Source: an uncultured Caulobacterales bacterium (GTDB taxonomy: Bacteria > Pseudomonadota > Alphaproteobacteria > Caulobacterales > Maricaulaceae). Taken from it: a stretch of 64,000 nucleotides of DNA. The DNA is taken from positions 20,676 through 84,675 of the forward strand of contig CALFUN010000037.1 in NCBI GenBank assembly GCA_937929915.1. Reading direction: 5' to 3'. Below the pieces are notes generated by a model, which saw only the letters and a program-made list of their open reading frames with translations, was not told the DNA's origin and ran no database searches. Position numbers and translations under genes: made by a program. This document shows, piece after piece, positions 18,252-28,264 of the stretch; within the stretch, counting starts at the first letter, position 1, and every line of letters starts with the position of its first letter.

Positions 18252-18350
18252 CGCTTTAATTAATTATATAGCTTAAAGAGGCGAGAAACTTGCGCCTCGC
18301 TGTGCTTTGCGTTAGTTTAAATAAATAATAAGACGATAATGGTGATGGTC

Positions 18351-19091
18351 ATGAAAAATTTAATTAACTTCTTTTTCTCATTTGATAAATTAATGAAAGA
18401 AAAACTTGTCCTGCCTTTCTTTTGGCTGGCCGTTATTGCATTGGGATTGTTTTTCTTTGAAACCGCCCTTGATGCAATATCTTTAGGGCCGTTGGCGGCC
18501 ATCGTGAATTTCTTTGAATTCTTTGTGACAATTTTACTTGCATTAGTTATTGTACGCCTCATGTGCGAGCTGGCTGTCGCTGTCTTTCGGATTAATGATA
18601 ACCTGTCTCCAGATGGCGGGAAGTCTGAAACTGCCAATATTGACCCAATGGCGGAAGCGCGCAAAGTCGCCGAAGCTGCGGCGGTTCGTGCGCGGGAAGT
18701 CACAAAAACAGCGGGCGAAAAAACGCAAGCTGCGACAAAATCAGCGCGCGAGTCGATGAATACTACATCCGCCAAAGCTTCGCAGGTTACGAAACCTGCT
18801 GCGAATGATGTGAAGGTGCCGCCGTCTCGCAAAACGGCGCCCAAAAACCCAGCAGCGAAACCTGCAAAGTCTGTGCCGGTTAAAAAACCTGCCCCTAAAC
18901 CTGCCGCTAAGTCAGCTTCAAAGACGGCATCTACAACCCGTGCGGCATCAAAATCCAAAGCTAAAACAACGGCAGCGACCACGAGCAAGAAACGCGGGCC
19001 AAAGCCTGGTGTGAAAGTTAAACGCGACGCGCAGGGGCGGCTTTTGAAAAAAGACGGGACTTTACGCTCTAAACCTGGCCCAAAGACATAA
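18351..19091 (+). CDS. DUF4282 membrane protein with long Lys/Ala/Pro/Thr-rich tail
   Basis: FFSFD...RLMCELAVAVFRINDNL pattern followed by ~150 aa of low-complexity basic sequence. Confidence 0.7.
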   Translation: MKNLINFFFSFDKLMKEKLVLPFFWLAVIALGLFFFETALDAISLGPLAAIVNFFEFFVTILLALVIVRLMCELAVAVFRINDNLSPDGGKSETANIDPMAEARKVAEAAAVRAREVTKTAGEKTQAATKSARESMNTTSAKASQVTKPAANDVKVPPSRKTAPKNPAAKPAKSVPVKKPAPKPAAKSASKTASTTRAASKSKAKTTAATTSKKRGPKPGVKVKRDAQGRLLKKDGTLRSKPGPKT

Positions 19092-19132
19092 GCTTAAATT
19101 TAAACGCCATGCCGTATTTTTAAGGCATATAT

Positions 19133-19160
19133 AAACCTCGGCATTGAACCGAGGTTTTTT
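19133..19160. terminator. Intrinsic terminator between convergent genes
   Basis: AAACCTCGG-CATTGAA-CCGAGGTTT followed by TTT. Confidence 0.75.
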
Positions 19161-19196
19161 ATTGATAGAATGATAGGATTCAGTTTTGCGTTGCGT

Positions 19197-19853
19197 TTAT
19201 TGCGCCGCTTCGGTTGTTTCCGCATCATCGATTATGTCATTTACTTTAGCGGTTGATTTTTGTCGTGCGGGGGCTTTGCGGCGGCGCTTTGGTGTCTCTT
19301 GGGTGACTGCGTCATCTGCCGCCGCGCTGTTAGGATCAACAAGCTCTAATGCAGCAGGTTCAGAGGCTTCAGCCTGTTTCGCGTCAGAATTTGAAGTTTC
19401 GGCCACTGGATCATCAGGTTTTTGACTGTCATTTTTTGCAGCGCTTTGATTTTCACGATCTTCAGACTCGCGGCGTTGACGACCACGTGTGTTTTTATTG
19501 TTACGACGCGTGCGATTTTCGCTGCGATTTTCATCTTCAGTCTCGCCAGCCTCATTACGCGCGGCTTGCCGTGCAGCCTCGGCTTCTTCGCGTGCAGCTT
19601 GCGCGGCTTGTTTAGCCGCCTCTTGAATATTAACAAGCCGCAGATAATGCTCGGCATGTTGACGGTAATTTTCTGCCTTCACGCGGCTGCCTGATGTTTT
19701 TGCATCGCGTGCTAAGGTCGTATATTTTTCATAAATTGTCGCCGCAGTCCCGCGTACTTTTACGTCAGGGCCATTACTATCTAAAGACCTGTTATTATTG
19801 TGGTTGTTATTATTATTTTTATGATTGCGATTTCGTCCGCGTTGACGTTTCAT
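19197..19853 (-). CDS. DUF4167 domain protein
   Basis: DSNGPDVKVRGTA..IYEKY..LARDA...G.RV.AENY.QHAEHY motif. Confidence 0.9.
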   Translation of the reverse strand: MKRQRGRNRNHKNNNNNHNNNRSLDSNGPDVKVRGTAATIYEKYTTLARDAKTSGSRVKAENYRQHAEHYLRLVNIQEAAKQAAQAAREEAEAARQAARNEAGETEDENRSENRTRRNNKNTRGRQRRESEDRENQSAAKNDSQKPDDPVAETSNSDAKQAEASEPAALELVDPNSAAADDAVTQETPKRRRKAPARQKSTAKVNDIIDDAETTEAAQ

Positions 19854-20019
19854 TTGCTTGTCCTTTGATTAGGCCAAACGAAGCTATCCCAGCCAAGGCT
19901 GCGGGTTTTATCATGTTTGGCTTTAGCAGGAGGCTGTCACAACAGCGCTTCATATCTGCTATATTGTGGTAGCAAACGCAGATATATTCGCAAGCCTTTT
20001 TTTTATAAAATGTTACGGT

Positions 20020-20919
20020 TTACGACTTTGTGATAATTTCGTTAAAAGCACATAGAACGCGGTCATGACCACTAATGTCTTTATGGCTTTGAACATCGAC
20101 GAAACCTGCATTTTCTAATAATGCACCTACGGTTATTTTCTGATCAAAGCCAATTTCAAACCCAATCCACCCGCCCGGTTTAAGCCATGTTTGAGCCGTG
20201 TTTAAAATCTGGCGATAAGCCTCTAGCCCGTCTGGGCCGCCTTGCAGCGCAATATGCGGGTCATAATCTTTCACCTCGCTTTGCAAATTTTCCATGGCAG
20301 CCGATGTTATATAAGGCGGGTTGGAGATAATCATATCAAATTGCATATTGGCGTGCAAAGGGGCAAACCAATGCCCGCAGAGCCAATCCGCGCGGCGGCT
20401 TACATTTAACGTTTTGGCATTGTCTCGGGCTATATCCAAAGCCGCTTGACTTATATCCACACCTATACCAACGGCATCAGGACGCTCGGCCAGCAATGTA
20501 ATCAATATTGCGCCTGAGCCTGTACCAAGGTCAAGAATATTGGGCGCTTGGCGAGCCTTAAGATTAGCTAGGGCGTGGGTGATGAGAATTTCTGTATCTG
20601 CGCGCGGTGAGAGAACATTTTGGCTTATAGAAAATCGCCGTCCGTAAAATTCGCGCCATCCTAAAATATGGTCAACAGGCTCTCCAGATAAGCGCCGCTG
20701 TGCATAATCTGAAATTTTCTGGCAAATATCGGATGGGAGCGGGTAGGCCTCTTGCAAGATTAACTCGGCTGCGTCCAACCCCGCCGCGCTCATGACAAGC
20801 TCTAAGGCATCATTGTCTGGGAACGCGATATTTGCAGCGCGAAATTGCTCGGTTAAAACTCGTTTGATCGCCCGTGCTGTAAGACCACTATAAGGATGAG
20901 AGCGTTCGGCGTTATACAT
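20020..20919 (-). CDS. prmC: Release factor glutamine methyltransferase
   Basis: RRLSGEPV..ILG, DLGTGSG, SNPPY and GGPDGL motifs. Confidence 0.94.
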   Translation of the reverse strand: MYNAERSHPYSGLTARAIKRVLTEQFRAANIAFPDNDALELVMSAAGLDAAELILQEAYPLPSDICQKISDYAQRRLSGEPVDHILGWREFYGRRFSISQNVLSPRADTEILITHALANLKARQAPNILDLGTGSGAILITLLAERPDAVGIGVDISQAALDIARDNAKTLNVSRRADWLCGHWFAPLHANMQFDMIISNPPYITSAAMENLQSEVKDYDPHIALQGGPDGLEAYRQILNTAQTWLKPGGWIGFEIGFDQKITVGALLENAGFVDVQSHKDISGHDRVLCAFNEIITKS

Positions 20920-21685
20920 TATTTTTATGGGCTAATATACTGGATAATGCGGCCTCTATCTGCATTAAATCGTTTGGTCTGGATAGGCTATGGTCTGCGC
21001 CTGTAACTTTGATGAAATGCACATCCCCGCAGCCCTTTTGGATATTCAAGACGCCCAATAGTTTTGCGGCATAGGCGGTGGGAACAACAGAATCCTCGCT
21101 GCCAGATAATATATGTAGAGGGCAAGACAGATGAATAGGCGCATCTAAAATTTGCCGTGCGCGGCCATCATCTATCAAGGCTTTGGAATAGGCATAAGGC
21201 TCGTCATAACCTGATGGTTCATAGACAATCCCGTCATCCTCGAGCGCTTTAATCTGGGCTTGTGTCCAATTTGCCACGGTGAGCTTTTCTGTAAAATCAG
21301 GCGCGGGGTTGATTAAAACCATACCCGCTATGCGGGCTGGTGTCTCCATGGCTGCAAGGAGCGCCGCCCAGCCGCCCATAGATGAGCCAATTAAAATGAC
21401 ATCTTCATCTGCGCACAATGCCGTCATTATAGTTAAGACATCTTCTGCCCATTGGCTGATTGTGCCTTCTGTAAACTCGCCGCTGCTCTGGCCGTGGCCG
21501 AAATAATCAAAGCGGATAAATGCCTGCCCGCGCTGCTGTGCCCATGCGTGCAAATGCACAGCTTTGCTGCCGTCCATGTCTGATTTAAGGCCGCCGCACC
21601 ATATGATAACAGGGCCAGTGCCTATTGACCGTTTATAGGCTAATTTATGGCCACCTTGCGCTGGTAAATATTCTATAGTTTCCAT
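20912..21685 (-). CDS. Alpha/beta hydrolase
   Basis: GSSMGG nucleophile elbow; RFDYFGHG, D..VP and DH motifs. Confidence 0.88.
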   Translation of the reverse strand: METIEYLPAQGGHKLAYKRSIGTGPVIIWCGGLKSDMDGSKAVHLHAWAQQRGQAFIRFDYFGHGQSSGEFTEGTISQWAEDVLTIMTALCADEDVILIGSSMGGWAALLAAMETPARIAGMVLINPAPDFTEKLTVANWTQAQIKALEDDGIVYEPSGYDEPYAYSKALIDDGRARQILDAPIHLSCPLHILSGSEDSVVPTAYAAKLLGVLNIQKGCGDVHFIKVTGADHSLSRPNDLMQIEAALSSILAHKNNV

Positions 21686-21725
21686 GAGGTCTTGTTATGC
21701 GGGGCGGCCATGTTAAGCAAGCGCC

Positions 21726-22835
21726 ATGAATGTTTTGCAGATATTACCCGCGCTCGAAACGGGCGGTGTGGAACGCACAGCGGTTGAAATGACCGAAGCT
21801 CTTATAGCCGAGGGACATGGTGCGCATGTACTGTCAGGGGGCGGGCGTTTGGCGGCTGATATAGAGGCACTGGGCGGGGTTAATCATTTTGCCAATATTG
21901 GGTCAAAAAATATTCTATCCGTGCCGTGGCGTATTGCAGGCATCAGGCGGATTATTTCGCAGTATGATATAGATATTGTCCATGCCAGATCGCGCGCGCC
22001 CGCTTGGCCTGCTATGTTTGCCGCGCGCGCGGAAAATATAGCTTTTGTGACAACTTATCACGGTATTTATAATGCCAAATCTCGCGTGAAACGATTTTAT
22101 AATTCTGTGATGGCCAAGGGGGATTGCGTCATTGCCAATTCGGAATTTACAAAAGCGCATATTTTAAAAGAACATGATATTGAGGCCGCGAAAATTACGG
22201 TTATTCCGCGCGGTGTGGATATGGGACGGTTTGACCCTGCGCAAATATCGACAGCAGATATTGTTCAATTACGGCAAAATTGGCGAGCCGGTGCGGGCAA
22301 GATAGTTGTGCTTTTGCCTGCGCGGCTCACAGGATGGAAAGGGCAGCGCGTTGCGATTGCGGCAATGGCGGCTTTGCCAGAATCTTATCATTTAGTGTGC
22401 CTTGGTGATGCGCAGGGCCGTACAGATTATGTCAATGAGTTAAAATCACAAATCGAGTTTCATGCGCTTGAAAATAGGGTCATATTGGCAGGACATTTTG
22501 CAGATATGCCGCTGGCCTATGCCGCCAGTGACATTGTGATTTGTCCGTCAACAGACCCAGAAGCTTTTGGCCGTACCGCCGCTGAAGCGCAAGCTATGGG
22601 CAAGCCTGTGATTGCGAGTGCGCATGGCGGTGCGCTAGAAACGGTTATTGATGGCCGCACAGGCTGGCTTGTCCCGTCTGCCAATGTCCCAGCCTTAACG
22701 GAGGCGATATTGCAAACGGATCAAGGTTTACCAGATGCCGGAGATGTCGCGCGCGCTCGTATTTTAGAGAGATTTTCCAAAACAAGCCTACAAAAAGCAA
22801 CATTGCGACTATATGAACATGTAAAGCAGCCGTAA
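21726..22835 (+). CDS. Glycosyltransferase family 4
   Basis: GGVER, HARSRAPAW and EAFGRTAAEAQAMG motifs. Confidence 0.9.
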   Translation: MNVLQILPALETGGVERTAVEMTEALIAEGHGAHVLSGGGRLAADIEALGGVNHFANIGSKNILSVPWRIAGIRRIISQYDIDIVHARSRAPAWPAMFAARAENIAFVTTYHGIYNAKSRVKRFYNSVMAKGDCVIANSEFTKAHILKEHDIEAAKITVIPRGVDMGRFDPAQISTADIVQLRQNWRAGAGKIVVLLPARLTGWKGQRVAIAAMAALPESYHLVCLGDAQGRTDYVNELKSQIEFHALENRVILAGHFADMPLAYAASDIVICPSTDPEAFGRTAAEAQAMGKPVIASAHGGALETVIDGRTGWLVPSANVPALTEAILQTDQGLPDAGDVARARILERFSKTSLQKATLRLYEHVKQP

Positions 22836-22931
22836 AAATGCATAATCCTGTCGATTAGTCTTGAAACGGCGGCAATTTATGCGCATATTTGCTGTCACTC
22901 ACCGTGAGCCAGTATTTTTGGAGATTCGAAT

Positions 22932-23471
22932 ATCGCTAGACGACCATTGTCCGCCCAACCCGTCAAAAAACCTAAGGGCCCGCGAATTAATCGCGATATT
23001 ACAAATCCAAATATTTTATTAATTCTTGAGACAGGCGAGAAAATGGGTGTTGTGCCTTTGGCCGAAGGCTTGGCTGCGGCCAGCCGTGCAGGTCTTGATC
23101 TTGTCGAAGTTGCGCCAGGCGAAACGCCTGTTTGCAAAGTGCTTGATTATGGTAAGATGCGCTTTGAAACACAAAAGAAGAAAGCGGCAAACCGTAAAAA
23201 TCAACGCACGCAATCTCTTAAAGAGATTAAAATGCGGCCCAATATTGATACGCATGATTATGGCGTAAAAACCAAAGCTATGACGAAATTCTTTGACCGT
23301 GGCGATAAGGTGAAAGTCACAGTGCGGTTCAGAGGACGTGAAATGGCGCATATGGATCGCGGCATGACGTTACTCCAGCGTGTTAAAGAAGATTTTGAAG
23401 GTATTGCCAAAGTTGAATTTGAGCCAAAGACAGAGGGCCGCATGATGACAATGGTTCTTGCACCGAAATAG
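22932..23471 (+). CDS. infC: Translation initiation factor IF-3 (probable ATC start)
   Basis: DLVEV...[10 protein letters not shown] and [13 protein letters not shown] motifs; GGAG 8 nt before in-frame ATC at 22932; no in-frame ATG at the N-terminus. Confidence 0.93.
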   Translation: MARRPLSAQPVKKPKGPRINRDITNPNILLILETGEKMGVVPLAEGLAAASRAGLDLVEVAPGETPVCKVLDYGKMRFETQKKKAANRKNQRTQSLKEIKMRPNIDTHDYGVKTKAMTKFFDRGDKVKVTVRFRGREMAHMDRGMTLLQRVKEDFEGIAKVEFEPKTEGRMMTMVLAPK

Positions 23472-23541
23472 CGTAAGTTTTTCTGTCATCAAAAATTTAC
23501 AAGACTAAAATCATGTGCCCAATGAGCACGTATTTTTCACT

Positions 23542-25005
23542 TTATAGGTCAGTTTGAGTGTGATCGCTTTGCGCGTTATCGCCGCGCATCATGATGATTG
23601 AAAATTCTGTACCTTGGCCAGGCTTACTACGCACATAAAGTCCGCCGCGATGGCGTTTGACGATATGTTTGACAATCGCAAGACCAAGGCCAGTGCCTTT
23701 TTCGCCTGATGATAAATCCCCAGCAATGCGATAGAAGCGCTCGCCAATACGCGGAATATGCTCTCGGGCAAAGCCTGGGCCGCTATCGGAAATGGTGAGC
23801 CGCAAACATGGCAAGGGTGATGGCGGCGCGGTAATAATATGGCGTTGATAGGCATCTGCATCAAGCGCTGTATCTGCAAAGGCGCGTGTATCATGCCAGT
23901 CATCAAGGGATTTTAAAGTCACATATACGGTGCTGTTCATAGGGGAAATCTTCACAGCATTGCTAAGGATATTTAGACACATTTGTACGGCTTCATCCTG
24001 CTTTCCATTGAATTTTGTGTTGCCTGCCTTGTTGTCATAGTCAATTTTAACGCAGCGTTTTTCGCTCATGGGGGTCACAGAATCGATCGCGGCTAACATG
24101 GCGGTGTCTAAATCACCCGCTCCTGTCGGTATAATATGCGCGACTTGCTCAATTTGCCGTAAAGACAATAAGTCGCTAATCAAGCGCTGCATCCTTTCGG
24201 CTTGACCATACATAATATTAAGGAATTTTTCGCGTGCGATTGGGTCGTCTTTTGCGTGAGTTTGCAATGTCTCTATATAGCCCATCAAAGATGCAATCGG
24301 TGTTTTTAGCTCATGGCTGGCATTTGCGAGAAAATCAGCCCGTAATTTCTGATTGAGTTGCATATCTGTAACATCGTCAAAAATCACTAAGGTCAAAGAT
24401 TGGGAACTACCATTTTCAAGAGATTGCGCTTGGGAAAATAATAAACGGATATACCGCTTAGACGGCGTTTCGATTTTTGTTAAAAATGGGTCGGGTGTAT
24501 AGCCCGCGAGCGCTTGAGACAGATGCGTTATTAATTTTGGGTCACGTATATAATGTATGAGCGGGCGGTTGGTGTTTTCGACCCCGATAAGCTTTTGGGC
24601 GAGAGGGTTGGTATGGCTGATACGATTGCGCTTATCGAGTAAAACCGCCGCGATTGGCATGAGGTCAACCATTTGCGACGCAGACACATATAGATCATTT
24701 TGGTTATTTATATACAGGCTTTGCGTTTGCTCTATATGTGCGGCCTTTGCCTTTTTTACGGTACGGTAAATCAGTGCAAGAGCGAAAAAAATGCCTAAAA
24801 TAGGCCCGCTCACGCGTATATCGGCCTGTGTGACCAAAGATAAAATCAATAACGCGCTAAGGCCAAGGCAAGTGAGGACGAATATATCGTCCTGGCTATT
24901 GCTAGAGCTGTGGTTCTTGTTTTGGGCCGGTGAGTTATATTTGGAAGGAGAGCTTGAAAAAGGCAGGCGGTCTTGCGCGTTTACATCTTGCCGTGTGGGG
25001 CGCAT
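23542..25005 (-). CDS. PhoR-like sensor histidine kinase (PAS + HisKA + HATPase)
   Basis: DFLANASHELKTP, RIGERFYR and GTGLGLAIVKH motifs. Confidence 0.85.
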   Translation of the reverse strand: MRPTRQDVNAQDRLPFSSSPSKYNSPAQNKNHSSSNSQDDIFVLTCLGLSALLILSLVTQADIRVSGPILGIFFALALIYRTVKKAKAAHIEQTQSLYINNQNDLYVSASQMVDLMPIAAVLLDKRNRISHTNPLAQKLIGVENTNRPLIHYIRDPKLITHLSQALAGYTPDPFLTKIETPSKRYIRLLFSQAQSLENGSSQSLTLVIFDDVTDMQLNQKLRADFLANASHELKTPIASLMGYIETLQTHAKDDPIAREKFLNIMYGQAERMQRLISDLLSLRQIEQVAHIIPTGAGDLDTAMLAAIDSVTPMSEKRCVKIDYDNKAGNTKFNGKQDEAVQMCLNILSNAVKISPMNSTVYVTLKSLDDWHDTRAFADTALDADAYQRHIITAPPSPLPCLRLTISDSGPGFAREHIPRIGERFYRIAGDLSSGEKGTGLGLAIVKHIVKRHRGGLYVRSKPGQGTEFSIIMMRGDNAQSDHTQTDL

Positions 25006-25267
25006 AATGTGCCTTTGATCGATGTGCCAACCTATTTATTAAGGGGCGGTGAATAGCAATGATGACTTAAAACGGGAATGTGCCAAGAAAATCAAGTCAA
25101 GAATACCAAAACTTGCGAAATTGCAACTATTTTTCTTTTAGATTTGAGCTTATGACATGTCATGAGGAATATTTATTATTGTTTTTCAATAAATATTCAT
25201 TGACTTTCACTATGTAAAAGGTAAGTAAGTGCCTAAGTAAGTGCCTAAGGAAGTGGGAGAGAGGACC

Positions 25268-26761
25268 ATGCAAATTACAGGCGTATATAAAAGAACGATA
25301 AGTCTGAGTGCGGCGCTGTGTTTAAGTGCGTGCGCGGGCATACCTGTGATTGGAAATTCGCCGCTAGCGCCAAAGCCTGCGCTTGTAGAGCCAGCTCGTG
25401 ATCTGCAAATCACATCAGGCTGGTCAGGCTTGGCGCCTGAAGACTTGCCAGATACAGATTGGGTCGCCAGTTTTGATGACCCTGTGCTTGTCTCGCTTGT
25501 CAATGAGGCTTTAATTGAGAACCGAAATATTAAAGCGGCCTATGCCAGGTTGGATGCGGCCGCTTCGCGACTGAAAATTTCGAAAGCAGATAGAAAACCG
25601 ATCTTAAATGGCAGCGCGCAAGTTGCGCGCAACCAACGTGGTAATGATATTTTCCCTAGTTCGAATAATATTAATTTAAACACGAATATTTCATGGGAAT
25701 GGGATTTATGGGGCCGCGTACGCGACCGTGTCGCGACAAGCCAGCTCGATATTGAAGCCAATAAGGCAGATCTAGCTGGGGCAAACCTATCCGTTGCAGG
25801 GCAAGTGTCACAAAATTGGTTTGATCTTATTGAGGCGCGTCTTTTGCGCGAACTCTCTGACCGCGAAGTTGTGACGCGAGAGCGCTCATTGCGCTTAACC
25901 CAAAGACGTTATGAGGGCGGAGTTGCGGAATCATCGGATGTGCGTTTGGCCAGTTCAACCTTAGCCAATGCGAAAGCAACACGTGCGCAGCGCGAACAAA
26001 CATTCGCCAATATATCGCGCGGTCTGGAAGTCTTGCTCTCACGCTATCCTGCGCAAGAATTAGAGGCGACCACGGATTTGCCGACTTTACCTGAATTGGG
26101 CGGGGCTGCTAATCCTCAATATGTTTTAACCAAACGCCCTGATTTGCTGGCTGCAGAAGCTCGCTTGCGCTCTCAAGGCTTGCAAATTGATGAGGCGCGA
26201 CGAGCTTTACGGCCAAGTCTAACATTTCAAGCCAATCCAGGTCTGCTTGGGACAAGTATAGCCAATACATTTGACCCGAACGCCTTTGCGGCCACGATTG
26301 CTGCTAACCTAACACGCCCGCTTTATCAAGGCGGACGGCTAAAAGCGAATGTGACGCAGCAACGCGCGATTTTACAGCAGCAAGCTGAAGATTACGCCAA
26401 TACGGCTTTGACCGCATTTTTAGAGGTGGAAAATGCTCTGGATGCAGAAAGATTGTTACTCGAGCAAGAAACAGCGCTTCGCCAAGCGTTAGATGATTCG
26501 CGCAAAGCCGAAGAACGTTTGGAATTGCGTTATTCAGAAGGTTTGGCTACAATTCTGCAGCTACTGGATGCGCAATCACGTAGTTTGACTGCCGAAGGTC
26601 AATTAATAGCCGCGCGTAAAGGGCGGTTGTCAAATCGTGTTCAGCTCCATGTTGCGCTGGGCGGCGGGCGATTTGGAGATTTGGATAACTTCCCGCGCGA
26701 CGTTTTAAGTTCTGATAATAAGACTATGCCTTCAAATCTTTCTAACTCATTGGCGCAATGA
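25268..26761 (+). CDS. RND efflux outer-membrane factor (NodT/OprM-like lipoprotein)
   Basis: Lipobox LSAC; SWEWDLWG, RPDLLAAE and P.YQGG motifs; GAGGA RBS. Confidence 0.9.
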   Translation: MQITGVYKRTISLSAALCLSACAGIPVIGNSPLAPKPALVEPARDLQITSGWSGLAPEDLPDTDWVASFDDPVLVSLVNEALIENRNIKAAYARLDAAASRLKISKADRKPILNGSAQVARNQRGNDIFPSSNNINLNTNISWEWDLWGRVRDRVATSQLDIEANKADLAGANLSVAGQVSQNWFDLIEARLLRELSDREVVTRERSLRLTQRRYEGGVAESSDVRLASSTLANAKATRAQREQTFANISRGLEVLLSRYPAQELEATTDLPTLPELGGAANPQYVLTKRPDLLAAEARLRSQGLQIDEARRALRPSLTFQANPGLLGTSIANTFDPNAFAATIAANLTRPLYQGGRLKANVTQQRAILQQQAEDYANTALTAFLEVENALDAERLLLEQETALRQALDDSRKAEERLELRYSEGLATILQLLDAQSRSLTAEGQLIAARKGRLSNRVQLHVALGGGRFGDLDNFPRDVLSSDNKTMPSNLSNSLAQ

Positions 26762-26782
26762 CGCTGTAAATAGATTAATGAT

Positions 26783-28264
26783 ATGCAAAACGCCAATACA
26801 CATAAACCTGTAAACACCGATCCATCGGATAAGAGTGATATTTTTAAGACAGTTGCAATGATATTGCTCCCGCTTCTGATTATTATCGGATTTATAGCGG
26901 CGACCATTATCACCATCAAAGCTAATAAGAAGCCTAAAGAGCGTCAGCGTACATTTAATACATTGGCTGTTTTAGCAGATTACGCCGTGCGTGATAATGT
27001 GCAGCTCTCTATTAGCACGCAAGGCGAGGCGCGGCCGCAAACGGAAATAGATTTCGTGCCGCAAGTTGGCGGGAAAATTGTCTATGTGTCGCCTAATTTT
27101 ATTGAAGGCGGGATTTTCAAAAAGGGCGAAGTTCTGATACGCCTTGAAGATGCGGATTATCAAGTTGCTGTTATTCGCGCCGAAGCCAATGTTGCACAGG
27201 CCCAGCAAGCCCTCGTCAGGGAAGTCGCGGAAGGTGATATTGCGCGTCAGGATTATGCGGAACTGGGCGGCGGGAATGCTTCGTCATTGGCACTGCGTGA
27301 ACCACAACGCAAACAAGCTGAAGCGAGCTTGCAGGCGAGTATGGCAGAGCTTGAAGGCGCGAAATTGCAATTAACTCGGACAGAAATCCGCGCGCCATTT
27401 TCAGGACGTGTGCGAACAAAAAATTCTGATTTAGGACAATTTGTTGGGCCAGGGTTTCAGCTTGGCCGCATATTCTCGACTGATATTGTTGAGGTTAGGT
27501 TGCCTTTAACCGATGATAATCTGTCGAAAATTAACTTGCCAATCGCTTATGTTGCTCCGTCCAGACAGACTGCGCCGCGTGTCAGTTTAAGCGCCATTAT
27601 TGCAGGCCAAGAGCAGGTTTGGGAAGGGCGCATCATGCGCACGGATCCTGTTTATGACACACAGACCCGCGCTTTATTTGCGATTGCAGAAGTTTTTGAC
27701 CCTTACGGTAAAGGTGTGTCCAATAATGGTGTCCCGTTAGCGCCGGGGCTTTTTGTTGATGCGCGGCTGGAGGGCAAAACATTTGACAATGTCGTAATAT
27801 TACCTCGCGACGGGCTGCGTCCTGAAAATGAAGTTTATGTTGTGGATGATAAAGGCAAGGTTGATGTGCGCAAGGCCGAGGTTCTTGATACGGATGCAAG
27901 CCGCGCTGTTCTGCGCTCAGGCGTAGAGGCAGGGGAATTAATTGTTTTATCGCCTTTATCGAAAAACCGTATTTCAATCCCGCTTAAAGCGCTGGATATT
28001 AATAATCCTGAGACAGTCCTTGTGGATCCGCCGAAACCAGATTGGCAAAAAGCGCTTGAGGCAAAGGATAAAGCGGCTGATAAACCTCAAAAGAAAAAAC
28101 GTCGTTGGGGTAAGAAACCCCAAAAAGGCGATGAAAAAGCGCCTAAAAAACCTTTGAAAAAATCGGATAACCCGTCTGAAGAAAAAGATGATACCACAAC
28201 AGATCCATCAGAGGCGCGCGCGGTGAATAAAACGGATGACGCACCGCAGGGAGATCAGAAGTGA
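26783..28264 (+). CDS. RND efflux periplasmic adaptor subunit
   Basis: PQVGGKI and RTEIRAPFSG motifs; charged C-terminal tail. Confidence 0.9.
   Translation: MQNANTHKPVNTDPSDKSDIFKTVAMILLPLLIIIGFIAATIITIKANKKPKERQRTFNTLAVLADYAVRDNVQLSISTQGEARPQTEIDFVPQVGGKIVYVSPNFIEGGIFKKGEVLIRLEDADYQVAVIRAEANVAQAQQALVREVAEGDIARQDYAELGGGNASSLALREPQRKQAEASLQASMAELEGAKLQLTRTEIRAPFSGRVRTKNSDLGQFVGPGFQLGRIFSTDIVEVRLPLTDDNLSKINLPIAYVAPSRQTAPRVSLSAIIAGQEQVWEGRIMRTDPVYDTQTRALFAIAEVFDPYGKGVSNNGVPLAPGLFVDARLEGKTFDNVVILPRDGLRPENEVYVVDDKGKVDVRKAEVLDTDASRAVLRSGVEAGELIVLSPLSKNRISIPLKALDINNPETVLVDPPKPDWQKALEAKDKAADKPQKKKRRWGKKPQKGDEKAPKKPLKKSDNPSEEKDDTTTDPSEARAVNKTDDAPQGDQK

Noticed and set aside
18317-18988. 223-aa minus-strand ORF
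   Set aside because: Shadow of the low-complexity DUF4282 gene on the opposite strand
25222-25245. TAAGTGC in the RND leader repeat as an integrase arm site
   Set aside because: 12 kb outside the element, with a 12-bp rather than 11-bp period and no att core; likely coincidence
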